From Phyllobates terribilis (taxonomy: Eukaryota): 64,000 nt of DNA. Position 1 is the stretch's first letter. Each line of letters opens with the position of its first letter. The notes beneath the pieces were generated by a model, which did not search any database, was not told the origin of the DNA, and saw nothing but the letters and a program-made list of their open reading frames with translations. Positions 1 to 13,129 of this stretch are shown in pieces. Position numbers and translations under genes: made by a program. The stretch is taken from the NCBI RefSeq assembly GCF_046119375.1, contig NW_027362762.1:109802001-109866000 (forward strand). Reading direction: 5' to 3'.

Positions 1-1242
1 ACACTGGCCAATAAGCAAACAAAACCCAAGTTAAAAACAAAATAAGCAAATACCCTGCAGTAAATAAATAGCAATAGTGCATGAAAATAATATAGGGTGC
101 TTAGCTAATATAATTCTGATTAAAAAAAAAGGTAAAAGCCATCCCACCAGCGTCAAGGTGACCCTTTTCTGGACGGGCCTAACCTTTAGTATTAAAACCT
201 TACCATTTGTCGAGTGACACAAATTTGCTCTATGTACAAATAAGTATGTGGCTTCCCTTTTCTTTGAGCTGGACATTACATTCATCTAGTTCCCCAATGA
301 CTGGGTGTCCATTAGCCGGGTCTCGGTTCTTCTCGGCCCTTATTCACATGTATTTCACTTGACAAATGGTAAGGTTTTAATATTAGAGGTCAGGCCGAAT
401 AGGCTGACCTTAGCATTGTGTTGGGGTAACATGCCGCCTGAGACCAAGCCCGTGCACCATGGCATAAGTAGCATTAGCTGACATTTCTCATCCCCTGCAT
501 TATATAATAACACATGGATAAGCCTGAGGACTTGTCTTCTAATACACCAATATATTCTACAAGGCTAGCGGTCACATTTTAACCCGTTCAGCACTTGGAG
601 GCCATCTGTCACATAGGATTAAAGCTTTCATGTGCAGTTTATTTTTAATTAGGTGGCCCCCCCTTCATTGCAGGTGTCTGAGAAGTGACTTAACGTTTTT
701 GGACATATCGGACAGCGTTCTAGTGTAAGTAGAATAACAACTGCAAGGTACGGAAAATAATGGGCTGTAGTGTAAAGCGAGCCTCGCTGGGAGGAATCCT
801 GCAGAGAGCAGTCCCTTCTCACAATGAAGGCAGATTACTTGTAATAATGAGAGAAAAGGATACCCGTAGATGATCCTGGTACAGTAAATGGACCTGGAGT
901 AACCCGAACATTGGGCGCAGAGAGACTAGACTTCAGGGTAAAGTGGAATTGTACACATTGACTAAGTTACACACGACAAATAAATTTGTCCAAAGCCTGC
1001 ACTGCCATCATGGTTTCTAATTTTGGCTTCTTTTTTTCAGATCAGGGCTACCATTATGCGGTTATATTAAAGATGGGCCCATAGTTGTCTGTGGGGGTGC
1101 AAGTTACCCAACTACCTGGGTCCCCTATGTCCTCCTTCCTGCTGACCTTGATCCCTGCTGGGCTTCTCACTTCCTCTCTTTGGCAGGGAGCACCATGTGG
1201 CTGCAGCAGTGTGTGTGTGTGTGTGTGATATATAGATAGATA

Positions 1243-2848
<1,606 letters not shown>

Positions 2849-3275
2849 TAGAGAGATAGATATATAATCTCATTCTTCTTTTCAAACCACCATGGGCCCG
2901 TATTTATCCATGACTAAAGGGATTGTCCCTGCATGTTTTATTTTAGAGGTGGGAAAGCGCAGCCTTTTGTGGGTGTGCACAGACTAAAACACATGGACAT
3001 CTTCAAGATATATGGGAGAATCCTGCAACCATTGAGGCTGCAGATTTCTACATGAAAGTATCATGACGTGCATCATCAGATGTGAGCAAAACTTAGCAAC
3101 CTTTGCAGTATTGCAGGCAGCTACAGTTAAGTCTCTACTTGCATATAAATGTACATAAAAAATGTGCTACCTTCTGGTGCTGAATGGGTTAAGTGCACAG
3201 TATAATGGAAAGAAACCTGTTTTTATTGCAATTTTATCTACAATTTTTTATTTTATTTTTGTTTTTCTCCCACAG

Positions 3276-3405
3276 GCAAGAAAGAGAGCCCGGTCTTTGC
3301 CTTTCCGTTACTCCTTAGACTGGACCCCCTGACTGAGAACCTGTTCATGCATTCATTTATATGGCAATTTCAGTGCGAGGTCTGTGAGTACAGCTACCAG
3401 CAGAG
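3276..3405 (+). CDS. uspl1: USPL1 internal coding exon (USP domain)
   Basis: ttctcccacAG acceptor, GTGAGT donor; translates (G)KKESPVFAFPLLLRLDPLTENLFMHSFIWQFQCEVCEYSYQQR, matching recalled USPL1 ESPVFAFPLLL..CxxC; upstream exons incl. catalytic Cys lie outside the window. Confidence 0.93.
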
Positions 3406-5105
3406 GTGAGTGCGGGGGGCCCAGGGGCCCGTCTGTTACTGTGCACTCGGCAAACCGCATGAATGGTTTGTAAACTGGAGATAGATGTCGCTCCCAGCAC
3501 TGGACAATGTGCAGTATTTTCTGCATGATCCTGAAACGAGCGCTCTTGTAGAAATCCTGCAGAGAACACTGGTTAATGATCTGCTAACTGCTTCCATTTA
3601 CTGCTGGTAAAGTATGAGCCCAGTTGTTGTCCTATTGCACATAAGTTGTCAGAGTTTACTCACTTCTACTTTGGCCAGGTCCGTTTCGAGGATCAAATAC
3701 ACCAACAACGCCTGACTGCCATTTTAAACAGATTTTTATGACTTAATTTGGTACATAACATCTAACACCATGGATAACAAAGCATTTGGTGTAGCTCTAA
3801 AATCTCCCGTCACTTTTAGACTTTAGAGGACCTTTCCTGACTTACTTGATTTTTAGCAAACACTTGCATTTTCCTCCTAAAATAACAATTCTTGAGCTTT
3901 ATTTTTTTTTTTTTAGAACCTTTCAGTTGCTGTTCTTCTGTTATTCTTCCTGGAAATTTCAGATTAATTTGACTTCAAGCTGTTGCCAGTCTCCTTAAAG
4001 GGGACCTGAAAGGTGATCTGTGCAGCCCAATTTACCGGCGGCATGTATCAGGCACTTGCTGTATGATGTCAGCCATGTGAGGCTGCAGTGGTTCAGAGTT
4101 ACAATTTCTGAGAAAAACCACTTTAAAAGCTGCTGGAACTGAGCCGCACAGGAGACTAGTCTGGAAGTGCTTTTAGTGAACATAGCGCCCACATACTTGC
4201 TCATGTCAGCAGCTGCCCCTATCTCTGCTCTGCTTTATGGCTAACCAGGGATGGCACTCCTAACCGGGGACTATGGAGTTTGTCCATGGATGGCCTTTTT
4301 CAATTGTGAACTACTTGCAAGGTCACATTTTAGATTTATTTACTCTGCCTCCGGTTTAGTAGAACTGTAGGAGCTTTGGGTATTGCATCCTTATTACTGC
4401 AAGGTAAAGTCTGTGCGTTTTTAAAGGGAACCGGTCGCCAGGATCTTAAATTATAAAGCATGGCCACCAGCATTAAGGCCTCTTTTACAGCATACTACAA
4501 TCCAGTCTGCAGATCCCAAAAAAGACCGTTTATTATACTCACAGACAGTGCGGTCCGGTCCTTTAGGTGTCTCTGGTCTTGATCCGGCGCCTCTTTTTGC
4601 GATTGCCGTCCACCTTCCCTGCTTTTTGTTGATGATGCGTCCTACATCATCCACACAGTGCCCTAATCACGCTCCTGCGCATGCACACATCTCTCCGTCC
4701 TGCCGAGGGCAGAGCACAGTACTTTAGTTCTCATTACAGTACTTTGCTCTACCCTCAGCAGGACGGAGAGATGTGTGCATGCGCAGGAACGTGATGGGGG
4801 CACTGTGTGGATGATGTAGGACACGTCATCCACCTGAAGCAGTAAGGAGACCAGAGACTTCCATTTTACCGGACAGCGTCATCTGTGAGTATAATAAAAA
4901 AAAGGTTTTTTTGGATCTGCAGTCTGGATTGGGCACTTTCTTTACAACAGAATGGTGTGAAAATCCTGGTGACCAGTTCCCTAAACCATAAAACAGCACT
5001 TCAATATCACTCGTACAATTACATTTTAATTGCATGCATTGTCTGGATTTAATCAAGCTTTATCAATATTAATGCTGATATCTGTTTCTTCTTCCACCTT
5101 TGTAG

Positions 5106-5231
5106 ATGCCAAAAATCATTGACTACGTTCACAAAAGTAATTCCAGAATGGCATCCTCTGAACGCCGTACACTTGGGGCAGTGCAATCGGTGCCGACATC
5201 CAAAGCAGAAACGGAAAATGGTTCTGGAAAA
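5106..5231 (+). CDS. uspl1: USPL1 internal coding exon
   Basis: ttgtAG acceptor, GTAAG donor; CQKSLTTFTKVIPEWHPLNAVHLGQCNRCRHPKQKRKMVLEK, matching recalled USPL1 TFTNVIPEWHPLNAAHFGPCNNC..RKMVLEK; phases join neighbouring exons. Confidence 0.94.
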
Positions 5232-5288
5232 GTAAGATGATTCTCCTTCGTTTTTTAAACAATACTTTGAAAAATAGAAAACTTGTGA

Positions 5289-5585
5289 GGGTTGAGCGAG
5301 TATGTCCTGTCCGAGTATGCTCGGGCCGAGCTCCGAGTATTTACAGCTGCTCGGTGATATGGTTGAATCGCTCCCAGTGCATGATTTGCAACTGTTTGAC
5401 AGCTTTATTACATGTGAGGAATGTGTAAGAAATAGACATTCCTCCCATGTAATAAAGCTGTCAAACAGTCACAAATCATGCACACGGGAGCGATTCAACC
5501 ATATCACCGAGCAGCTGTAAATACTCGGAGCTCGGCCCGAGCATACTCGGCGAAAGGGTTAATAGAACGTACTCGCTCAACACTA
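5289..5585. mobile_element. hAT-type palindromic MITE (TAG(T/G)GTTGAGCG end family) in uspl1 intron
   Basis: Long inverted arms, right end CGCTCAACACTA; CTTGTGA present on both flanks (left end slightly eroded). Confidence 0.75.
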
Positions 5586-7027
5586 CTTGTGACCTTGCTG
5601 AGTGACAATTTGCAACTGTGGTCAGTGTTTGCGTGCTACAAGGGGACATCTTGCATGCACTCGGGATGCTTCCTTGCTGTAACAGTAGTGCTCGTCTAGT
5701 TCTGAGATTCCTCGCTGCCATCCTGCTTCACATGCGATCACAAGAGCAGCGCTCTCTGCTGAACTCCGGAGCTGTAGAGCAGGATTTAATGAGCAGGATC
5801 ACTTCTCGCTTCTTCTCTAGCGCTGCCCTGCCTATTACTGATGCCCTGATATATCCCGCTAGTGTCTGAACTCTTGCCTTGGTGGACAAAGAAGATCAGA
5901 AAACATTACTTCATGGGCAGTAAATATTGGCATGCACCATTTTTTTTATATATTTTTTTCACATCTGCTGATTTGCTGCAATTTTAAAAAAAACTGCAAC
6001 TTTTTTTAATGCAAATGTAAAAAAAATTTGATTAGCATCATAAATTTTGGTTAAGAAACCTATAAAATAGTTCATGTTACTAAATTTATGCAAGGCAGGT
6101 GAAGTGTTGCCGTAGAGAGGCGGCCTGGTGGTAGAACCGTGCAGGTGACAATAGGGTTTCTGACTCACCAGCCCACACGTTTAAAAGAAGGCAAGAAGTG
6201 TTGAAGGGAACCAGTCGCCTCAGAAAATGCTATTTACGGGAAGGTAAAGGGTTTATCTGCAGGTAAAATAGCTTACAAAGCTGCCCACCCGCCGTCGTAC
6301 TGAAAGGCTGGAGTCACAATAGTGTATGATCTCTCATGCTAGAGAATCTGGCCGATTATGCTAATGACACTCTGCTCGAACTCTGTCAGAATTTGAGCCG
6401 AGTGTCATCTGAGTGTGATCCTATTATCTCTTATGAGAAAATCGCAGCACAGGTGCGGAGAAGACTGAGAACTTAATTTTTCCATCTTCTCCATGGTACA
6501 TGGTGTGTACATCGGACTGCACTCTGATGAGATCATCGCACCCGTAGACTTGTATGGGCAAGTGCGATCCAATTATCAGATTCACCCGCAGTTTGCTATT
6601 ATTGTTCTCTTGTGCCGAATCAGCATGAGAAAATAACCGCACATCTGCACTGCTCCATAGTGTAACACTGGGCCAAGTGTTATCCGATAAATCATCTGAT
6701 AGCACTCAGCCGTGTTATACCCATGCACGTGCAAGCGAGCCCTAAGCCAGTGGCTCTGGCGAGAATACAATACTATTTCTTCTTGGGAGCCACTTGCTTC
6801 AGTCATATGGGTGTGCACGGAGCGGCTGGATATCATGAAAGGTTCATATTACACTGCATTATACGTTGTCTGTTTTGCAAACCCCTCACTGAATAATGCC
6901 CCATGGGGGGAGTAGAGGGGGTTTTCTTCTCCATAGCTGTGACCTCAATCTACAGAATATGAGATATAAGAATAACCGCGTTGCAGCACGCGTATTTTAT
7001 ATTTTCATAATTTTATTTTTTTTGTAG

Positions 7028-7182
7028 GTTGAATTCGCTTTTCATGGTTCACTTTGTGGATGGATCGCCGACAAATGATCTGGACAAATATTCATTTCAG
7101 TTTCAAGGCCATTTATATGAAGTGAAGGCCATAATTAAGTATAAGAATGATCACTTCTCTACTTGGATATTAAATAAAGATG
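7028..7182 (+). CDS. uspl1: USPL1 internal coding exon with catalytic His
   Basis: tttgtAG acceptor, GTGAGT donor; LNSLFMVHFVDGSPTNDLDKYSFQFQGHLYEVKAIIKYKNDHFSTWILNKD. Confidence 0.94.
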
Positions 7183-7447
7183 GTGAGTGTCAAAGGCGGA
7201 GAAAAAAAGCACATTACTATTCACTTATTTCTGTTCGTATAAAAAAATCAAAGGTAAACTCCTGGAAAATAACCATGCCCAGTGCCGTACACCTGGATGT
7301 ATTAACAGTCCACACTACGTAGATGTATACACACAAGTGCACAGTTTTATGTGCATACATCTATGTTGTGTGGACTGTTTCCATCCAGGCGTACTCTCCT
7401 GGGCATGGTTATTTTCCAGGAGTTTAGTTTCCTTTAGGGCTCCCAAC

Positions 7448-7758
7448 TAGTGATGAGCGAGCGTGCTCATTTAACCCTTTCACCGAGCATGCTCGGGTGC
7501 TTACCGAGCATCTTCGGTGTGCTCGTGTATTATGTTCGAGTCCCTGCGTCTGCATGATTTATGGCTGTAAGACAGCTTCAGCACATGACGTGATTGCTTG
7601 TTTGTTAGGGAATCCTCACATGTGTTGAGGTTGTCTTACAGCCGTAAATCATGCAGACACAGGGACTCGAGCATAATATACGAGCACACCGAAGATACTC
7701 TGTAAGCACCCGAGCATGCTCGTTGAAAGGGTTAAACGAGCATACTCGCTCATCACTA
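7448..7758. mobile_element. hAT-type MITE (TAGTGATGAGCG TIR) in uspl1 intron
   Basis: TIR TAGTGATGAGCGAG / CTCGCTCATCACTA; 8-bp TSD CTCCCAAC / CACCCAAC. Confidence 0.85.
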
Positions 7759-7895
7759 CACCCAACCCCTTGTGGCTTGTCCATGTTGCCTGTTTACTTT
7801 TTTGTGTTGCGTTGGGAACTGTCACCCATGTCTGATAACTGATGGCAACATTTCTACGGTTTCTGGAAACCTTAATTTTTCCCTTTTTCTTTAAG

Positions 7896-9454
7896 GCTCC
7901 TGGTTTGAATCAGATGGCCTTCGGGGCTCATTCTGCAGAAGATACCGGAAAATTAATGTACGAGCTGATGCTTTTCATATTGTCATCTGGGAGAGAAGCG
8001 GTGGAAAGTCATTTGAGGAGAATACGCAATTTGTTGCGGCTGAACAAGCTTCAGAGCTTAAGCCAGCAAATGTCTCCATGAAGCCTGAAGATCCTAGCTT
8101 TTCTCCAGTGGGGAGCGCTGAGCTTTCCCAGAGGGTTGCTCCTTCGGTGCAGTCTGTTGATTTAAACACATCAGATCCCCTTGCAGGAATGGAAGGTTAT
8201 GCCGATGATGACGTGATAACTCTGAACCTAGTTGCGATACCCACTGATGTAAATGGCTGTCCTATCGAAACTCCTGCTAATCTTCAGGCAACTGATACTT
8301 GCAGGTCTATCAAGGACCCTAGTCAGGAGGAAGGGACTAGCACTGCTCGCCTCGAAATGTCCACTAATGTGCAGCCAGAGGGTGAAGAAGATGCTACACT
8401 TGCATCAGCTGTCTCCTCGGACTCGAATGCAGAGACTGCCCCCCTCATAAATTGTAGTGTTGAGCGAAGTCCTTTGATACAAAGCCCCTTACATCCAGCA
8501 GGCGAAGCCATTGCAACTAGCACACCCTCTCAGCAACCCTACAACCACGAAAAGACGATAGCTGGCAACTGGATGAATCGATTAATGAGAAAAAATAATT
8601 CTGTTCTAAATTCTCCTCTTCTTTCTGCAAATGGGAAGATGCAAGCACTCAAAGCTCTTCCTCCTCTGAAGACAACGGATTCAAGCGATGCTCCCAAGAA
8701 AGCTCAGAACTTTAATGGCTTTTTAAACCGATCAACAAGTAAAACTGATTTTTCGGCATCTAATATATCTCCATCAAAAATTGCAAGTAAACTGTCCTTT
8801 AATGTTCTGAAAGAAAGGGTAACAGCGGTAGCTAAGCCAGTGGCAATGCCTGCAACTTCAGGCTTTAAGACACCTGCTAGCAATGGCTTAGATTATAGTA
8901 AAATGATAAAAGAAGGGAGCTCATCCAGCGAGGATAAAATTCGTAGACTGAGACTGAAGTTATTGAAAAAGCTAAAGGCCAAGAAAAATGAGCTAGCTAC
9001 ATTAGAAAAGTTAGCAAAAAAGCAGGAGAGTGGCCCCACTGGAGCCCAAGCTAATGGTGCTCCTCATGATGGTTTTAATCGGAAGGAGCATCTACGAGGC
9101 TTTCTACAGGAGCTTCAGGAGCACATAGACAATGCTGATAATGAATCTGTATGCACCATGAGCTCATGCAATTCTTTATGTAGTAGTCCTGGAGATGCCG
9201 AGTTCTTCACAGAACTTTTCTCACCATCTCCTGCTGACAGCCAACCAAATGACAGCAGGTATCTGGAGATGTTGGCTGATGGCTGTGGAATAGCGGCAGG
9301 TGGCGTCCTACATTCTGCCTCGGGAAGTAATTCCTGCCCTACAGTTAAGCTCAACACTTCTGCTGCAGATGGGTCTTTAGGGCGGATGTCAAATTCTACT
9401 GTAGATGTTCTGCGTGAAGACAATGACTATTTTGATTTTGATGATTATTTCTAG
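7896..9454 (+). CDS. uspl1: USPL1 terminal coding exon (catalytic Asp plus long low-complexity C-terminus)
   Basis: ctttttctttaAG acceptor; GSWFESDGLRG..FHIVIWER continues in frame into ORF 8078..9454, stop TAG. Confidence 0.93.
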
Positions 9455-9749
9455 GACATTATTCCTTGTTCTCACAGTGCACTGATGGTCACCTTTTTCC
9501 AGGTCCTTTCTCTTTGTTAAAAGTCAACTGAATCCTAATGGGGGATAAAGGTTTTAGGGTTCTCTTGATCAACTAGGTCTCGACCCAACTGGTGAGGTGG
9601 CCGCCGCATTGAAGAAGAAAATGAATGGATAGATGAGCTTCCATGTGCACTGATCTCAGTCCCTTCCAAGGGAGTCACAAAAATGGCCGGGCAAGCGTGT
9701 TTCCATAACTGCGCTCTTGTGGCATATCACGTCAATGACAAATGCTTAA

Positions 9750-10136
9750 AGGGAATCTGTCAGCAGGTTTGTGCTATGTAAACTGAAGACAGCATGCTGT
9801 AGGGGTTAAAACTTGCCTTTCTCCTCAAGCTCAGTGGTTTTTATTTGCTTGCAATGATTGTTTTAGCACCAGGAGCTTATCATTGCTGGGACTCAGCAGC
9901 TGTACTTCCTGGTTCGACATGCCCCCTCCTATGATAAGAAGCTCACTGTCTATGGACCAGAGATCCTGGTGTGGGTGGGATTAGCTTCCTCAGCTCTGCT
10001 GTGTTGCTAAATCTAAAATCTGTCTGAGAATGGCTGCACCGAGTAATCTAATTGATACATCGTTGGATTCAGCTTCTCTTTGTCTACATCAGGCTGCTCT
10101 CAGATAAGGTAGCAAAAACCTGCTGACAGATTCCCT
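9750..10136. mobile_element. T2/Kolobok-type MITE with TTAA target
   Basis: TTAA|AGGGAATCTGTCAGCAGGTTT ... AAACCTGCTGACAGATTCCCT|TTAA. Confidence 0.88.
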
Positions 10137-10241
10137 TTAAGGGGTTTCTAATCTCTAAAACAGGACATTCTCTTCAAAGCTAGGTCGTCTTTGCCTTAGT
10201 AAAATTGTGGCACACATGCTTCCTTTAGGTTTCCATGTGAA

Positions 10242-10247
10242 AATAAA
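10242..10247 (+). promoter_or_regulatory. Candidate uspl1 polyadenylation signal AATAAA
   Basis: First AATAAA I noticed downstream of the uspl1 stop (aaataaaataag). Confidence 0.4.
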
Positions 10248-10619
10248 ATAAGTTTAAAGGGCTTGTCCTGCTCCACTCTCTTCCGCATTGATAGGAGAGC
10301 TGGTTAGGCGGCATCACGTCTACTGATACTTGCCGGGATGCATGCACAGTTGGCAGGTATCATGTACCTTTCTCATTCATTAGAGTGGAGCAGACGTTTG
10401 ATACATCCCCACTGCACACTCATCTTTGCAGGTAAGACATGATGTCACCTGCCACTCACCACCTACTGAGTAGGTTAGCTGCACAGGACAAACTATTTAA
10501 ATTTGTTAAATAGGCGCGTCAATTTTATCCTCAAAAGTTGCAGTGATGCTGCAATTTAACTACACCTGACAAGTGGCTGGAAGGCGCCATGGAGCCCTAG
10601 CCTAGTAATCATCACTTAA

Positions 10620-11348
10620 AGGGATTGTTTACCTTTTTGGAGACATTTTTTTTTCTTACTTAAATGCATACAATTGGGGCTAAAAAAACATTTTTGAAAT
10701 TGGGTTTATTTAAGAACTTTGCACTGTTTGCCTCCTGTAGCTGCTATATTACACTATTGCTGGCTGCAGAATGAGTTAACGTGGTGGGCCACATTATCTC
10801 TACTTTATCAGTTGTGTTGGGGACATGCCCTGTGGCTCTTACCATTATATAGATAGGACAGGTTCTCCTCCTGCTCTTGGTGCAGCTTTGCACACAGACT
10901 GCACTGCTCTCTGGTCCATACAATGGCTGGTGGTGGTGGAGGAGCATGTGACCAGACCTGTCCATCAGTCTCCTCCAATAGAAAACCTCAGATGAGAGAA
11001 CTGTTTTTCTGTTGGAGGAGACTGATGTACAGGTCTGATCACATGCTCCTCCTCCACCACCAGCAGCCATTGTATGGACCAGAGAGCTGTGCAGTAACAA
11101 GAGCAGGAGGATCTGTGATATCTGTATAATAGTCAGTGCCACAAATCATGGCCCCAACACATCTGATAAAGGAGAGCGGATGTGGCCGACCCCATTAACT
11201 CATTCTGCAGCCAGCAATAGGCAGTGTGATACAGGATGCAAACGGTGGAAATTTTTCTAATGAAACCCAATTGCAAAAATTATTTTTAGCCCCCATTGCA
11301 TGCATTTAAGTAAGAAAAAAAAAATGTTCCCAAAGGTGGAAAACCCCT
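10620..11348. mobile_element. T2-type MITE with TTAA target and internal inverted repeats
   Basis: TTAA|AGGGATTGTTTACCTTT ... AAAGGTGGAAAACCCCT|TTAA; arms 10620-10810 and 11160-11348 are imperfect reverse complements. Confidence 0.8.
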
Positions 11349-12747
11349 TTAACTCAGCTGTGTGTTCTGACATCAGAGTGTGACTTTGCCAGTGTGTAGG
11401 GATCGTATCCATACTGCTCCGTGCATCTGTTCTTGGTTATCTCTTCTGCACTTCATAGATTGCGGACCACCCCACAATTGTTCAGTGGAAAGAAAGAACA
11501 AGTCGCCTCATGGGTCAAAAATGCCTCCTTGCCCATGCTAAAAAGGATCAAGGCAAATCAGATTTCTACTTTTCGGAGACCTTTTCACTCTTGCACCTTA
11601 TAGTTTGATAGTGCACTTCACACTGATTTAACTAGAAATGAAGTAACCCGTCTGCTGTCAGCGGAAATACTCCAAGCACTTCGGGGTATGGTCCCACATA
11701 GTGTCACAGGACCAGCGTTATGAAAGGTCTAACTAGATCTCATTCCCTCTCTGGAAATCCACCTGCTTTGCAGATTTGAGATCCCGCATGATAACTTATG
11801 CTGCAGATGTCAGTGCAATGTATAGGGAGAAATATGCATAAAATACAAGCCATAGCCACAGCATTAATTACCACACAATGAAGTCCAGCTCCTGTTTATG
11901 GTGTGGAAATCTGCACTGTGGGAACAGACCCTTAAAGAAATAAATGTTCCCACTGTAGGTCCAAGTAGTGCCGTGTAATTATTTGCATTGAGTTGTGGCA
12001 GCATTTTTAGTGTTTTGGATTTTGTTTTTTAATCCTCCCACACTTACATTATTGGTGCATTATTGGCCTTACTGTGAACCAGCACAAAACGGTGCAGTTA
12101 AGATCGAGTGTTGCGGCTGGGCTCACACTATTAGTGTGCAACTGGTAGGCCAATAATCACAGAAATTTCTGGAGAAACAAAAAAAAAAGTTACTGTTTTT
12201 TTTTTTGTTTTTTTTTCACATGTTTTACCATTTAAAACCCAAATACTACCACTGGGTGTGCCCCCCGCCTTCTTTTGACATTTGATTGTAGAGCCTCCAT
12301 ATTATCCATCCCTGTGTTTGCACGTCTGATCGCCTCCCCATTATCGGCTGATCGCCTCCCCATTATCGGCTGAGGCCGGTCTCTACATTTCCTGACTTGA
12401 CTTGAAAATTTGTATATTTTATATGTTTGGCGGCTTTTCTTTTTGTGATAGAGGTTCTGCTATATTAATATGTAAATTATTAATTCGTCTTTGTTTTATT
12501 GTAAATACTTTTCGATTTGCAATTTATGTTTTATGTATAATAAACATTACAAAAATGATGGCAGCGTCCAACGTATTCATGGGTCAGATCACATGTATGG
12601 ATGGATATCTTCTCAATGAGTCGGCAGTGTTCATCCCATGGTTTACATTTATAAAGGGCCCACAATTACTGTAACCGGTATCTCCAAAGTGATGCAAATG
12701 GGACATCTGTGTGTAATAAATATATAGTATGTACTTGTATGTGTAGA

Positions 12748-12778
<31 letters not shown>

Positions 12779-12809
12779 TGTGTGTGTGTGTGTATATATA
12801 ATATATATA

Positions 12810-13042
12810 CAGTACAGACCAAAAGTTTGGACACACCTTCTCATTTAAAGATTTTTCTGTATTTTCATGACTATGAAAATTGTACATTCACACTGAAGGC
12901 ATCAAAACTATGAATTAACACATGTGGAATTATATACTTAACAAAAAAGTGTGAAACAACTGAAAATATGTCTTATATTCTAGGTTCTTCAAAGTAGCCA
13001 CCTTTTGCTTTGACTGCTTTGCACACTCTTGGCATTCTCTTG
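12810..13042 (+). mobile_element. Tc1-like transposon terminal fragment
   Basis: TA|CAGTACAGACCAAAAGTTTGGACACACC terminus following a (TA)n/(GT)n microsatellite; truncated. Confidence 0.7.
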
Positions 13043-13062
13043 ATATATATTTCTTTTTAATT

Positions 13063-13109
<47 letters not shown>

Positions 13110-13129
13110 TACTAGCTATTGAGTTGGTA

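Noticed and set aside
175-396. Short inverted repeat near the window start
   Set aside because: Likely an eroded MITE; ends and TSD not resolvable.
6524-6545. CTGATGA as a possible hammerhead core
   Set aside because: No stem II or GAAA downstream; lies within a MITE-like sequence.
12545-12715. Non-repetitive stretch resembling an exon (MMAASNVFMGQ.. on +, MSHLHHFGD.. on -)
   Set aside because: No recognisable homology, and no convincing acceptor/donor pair.
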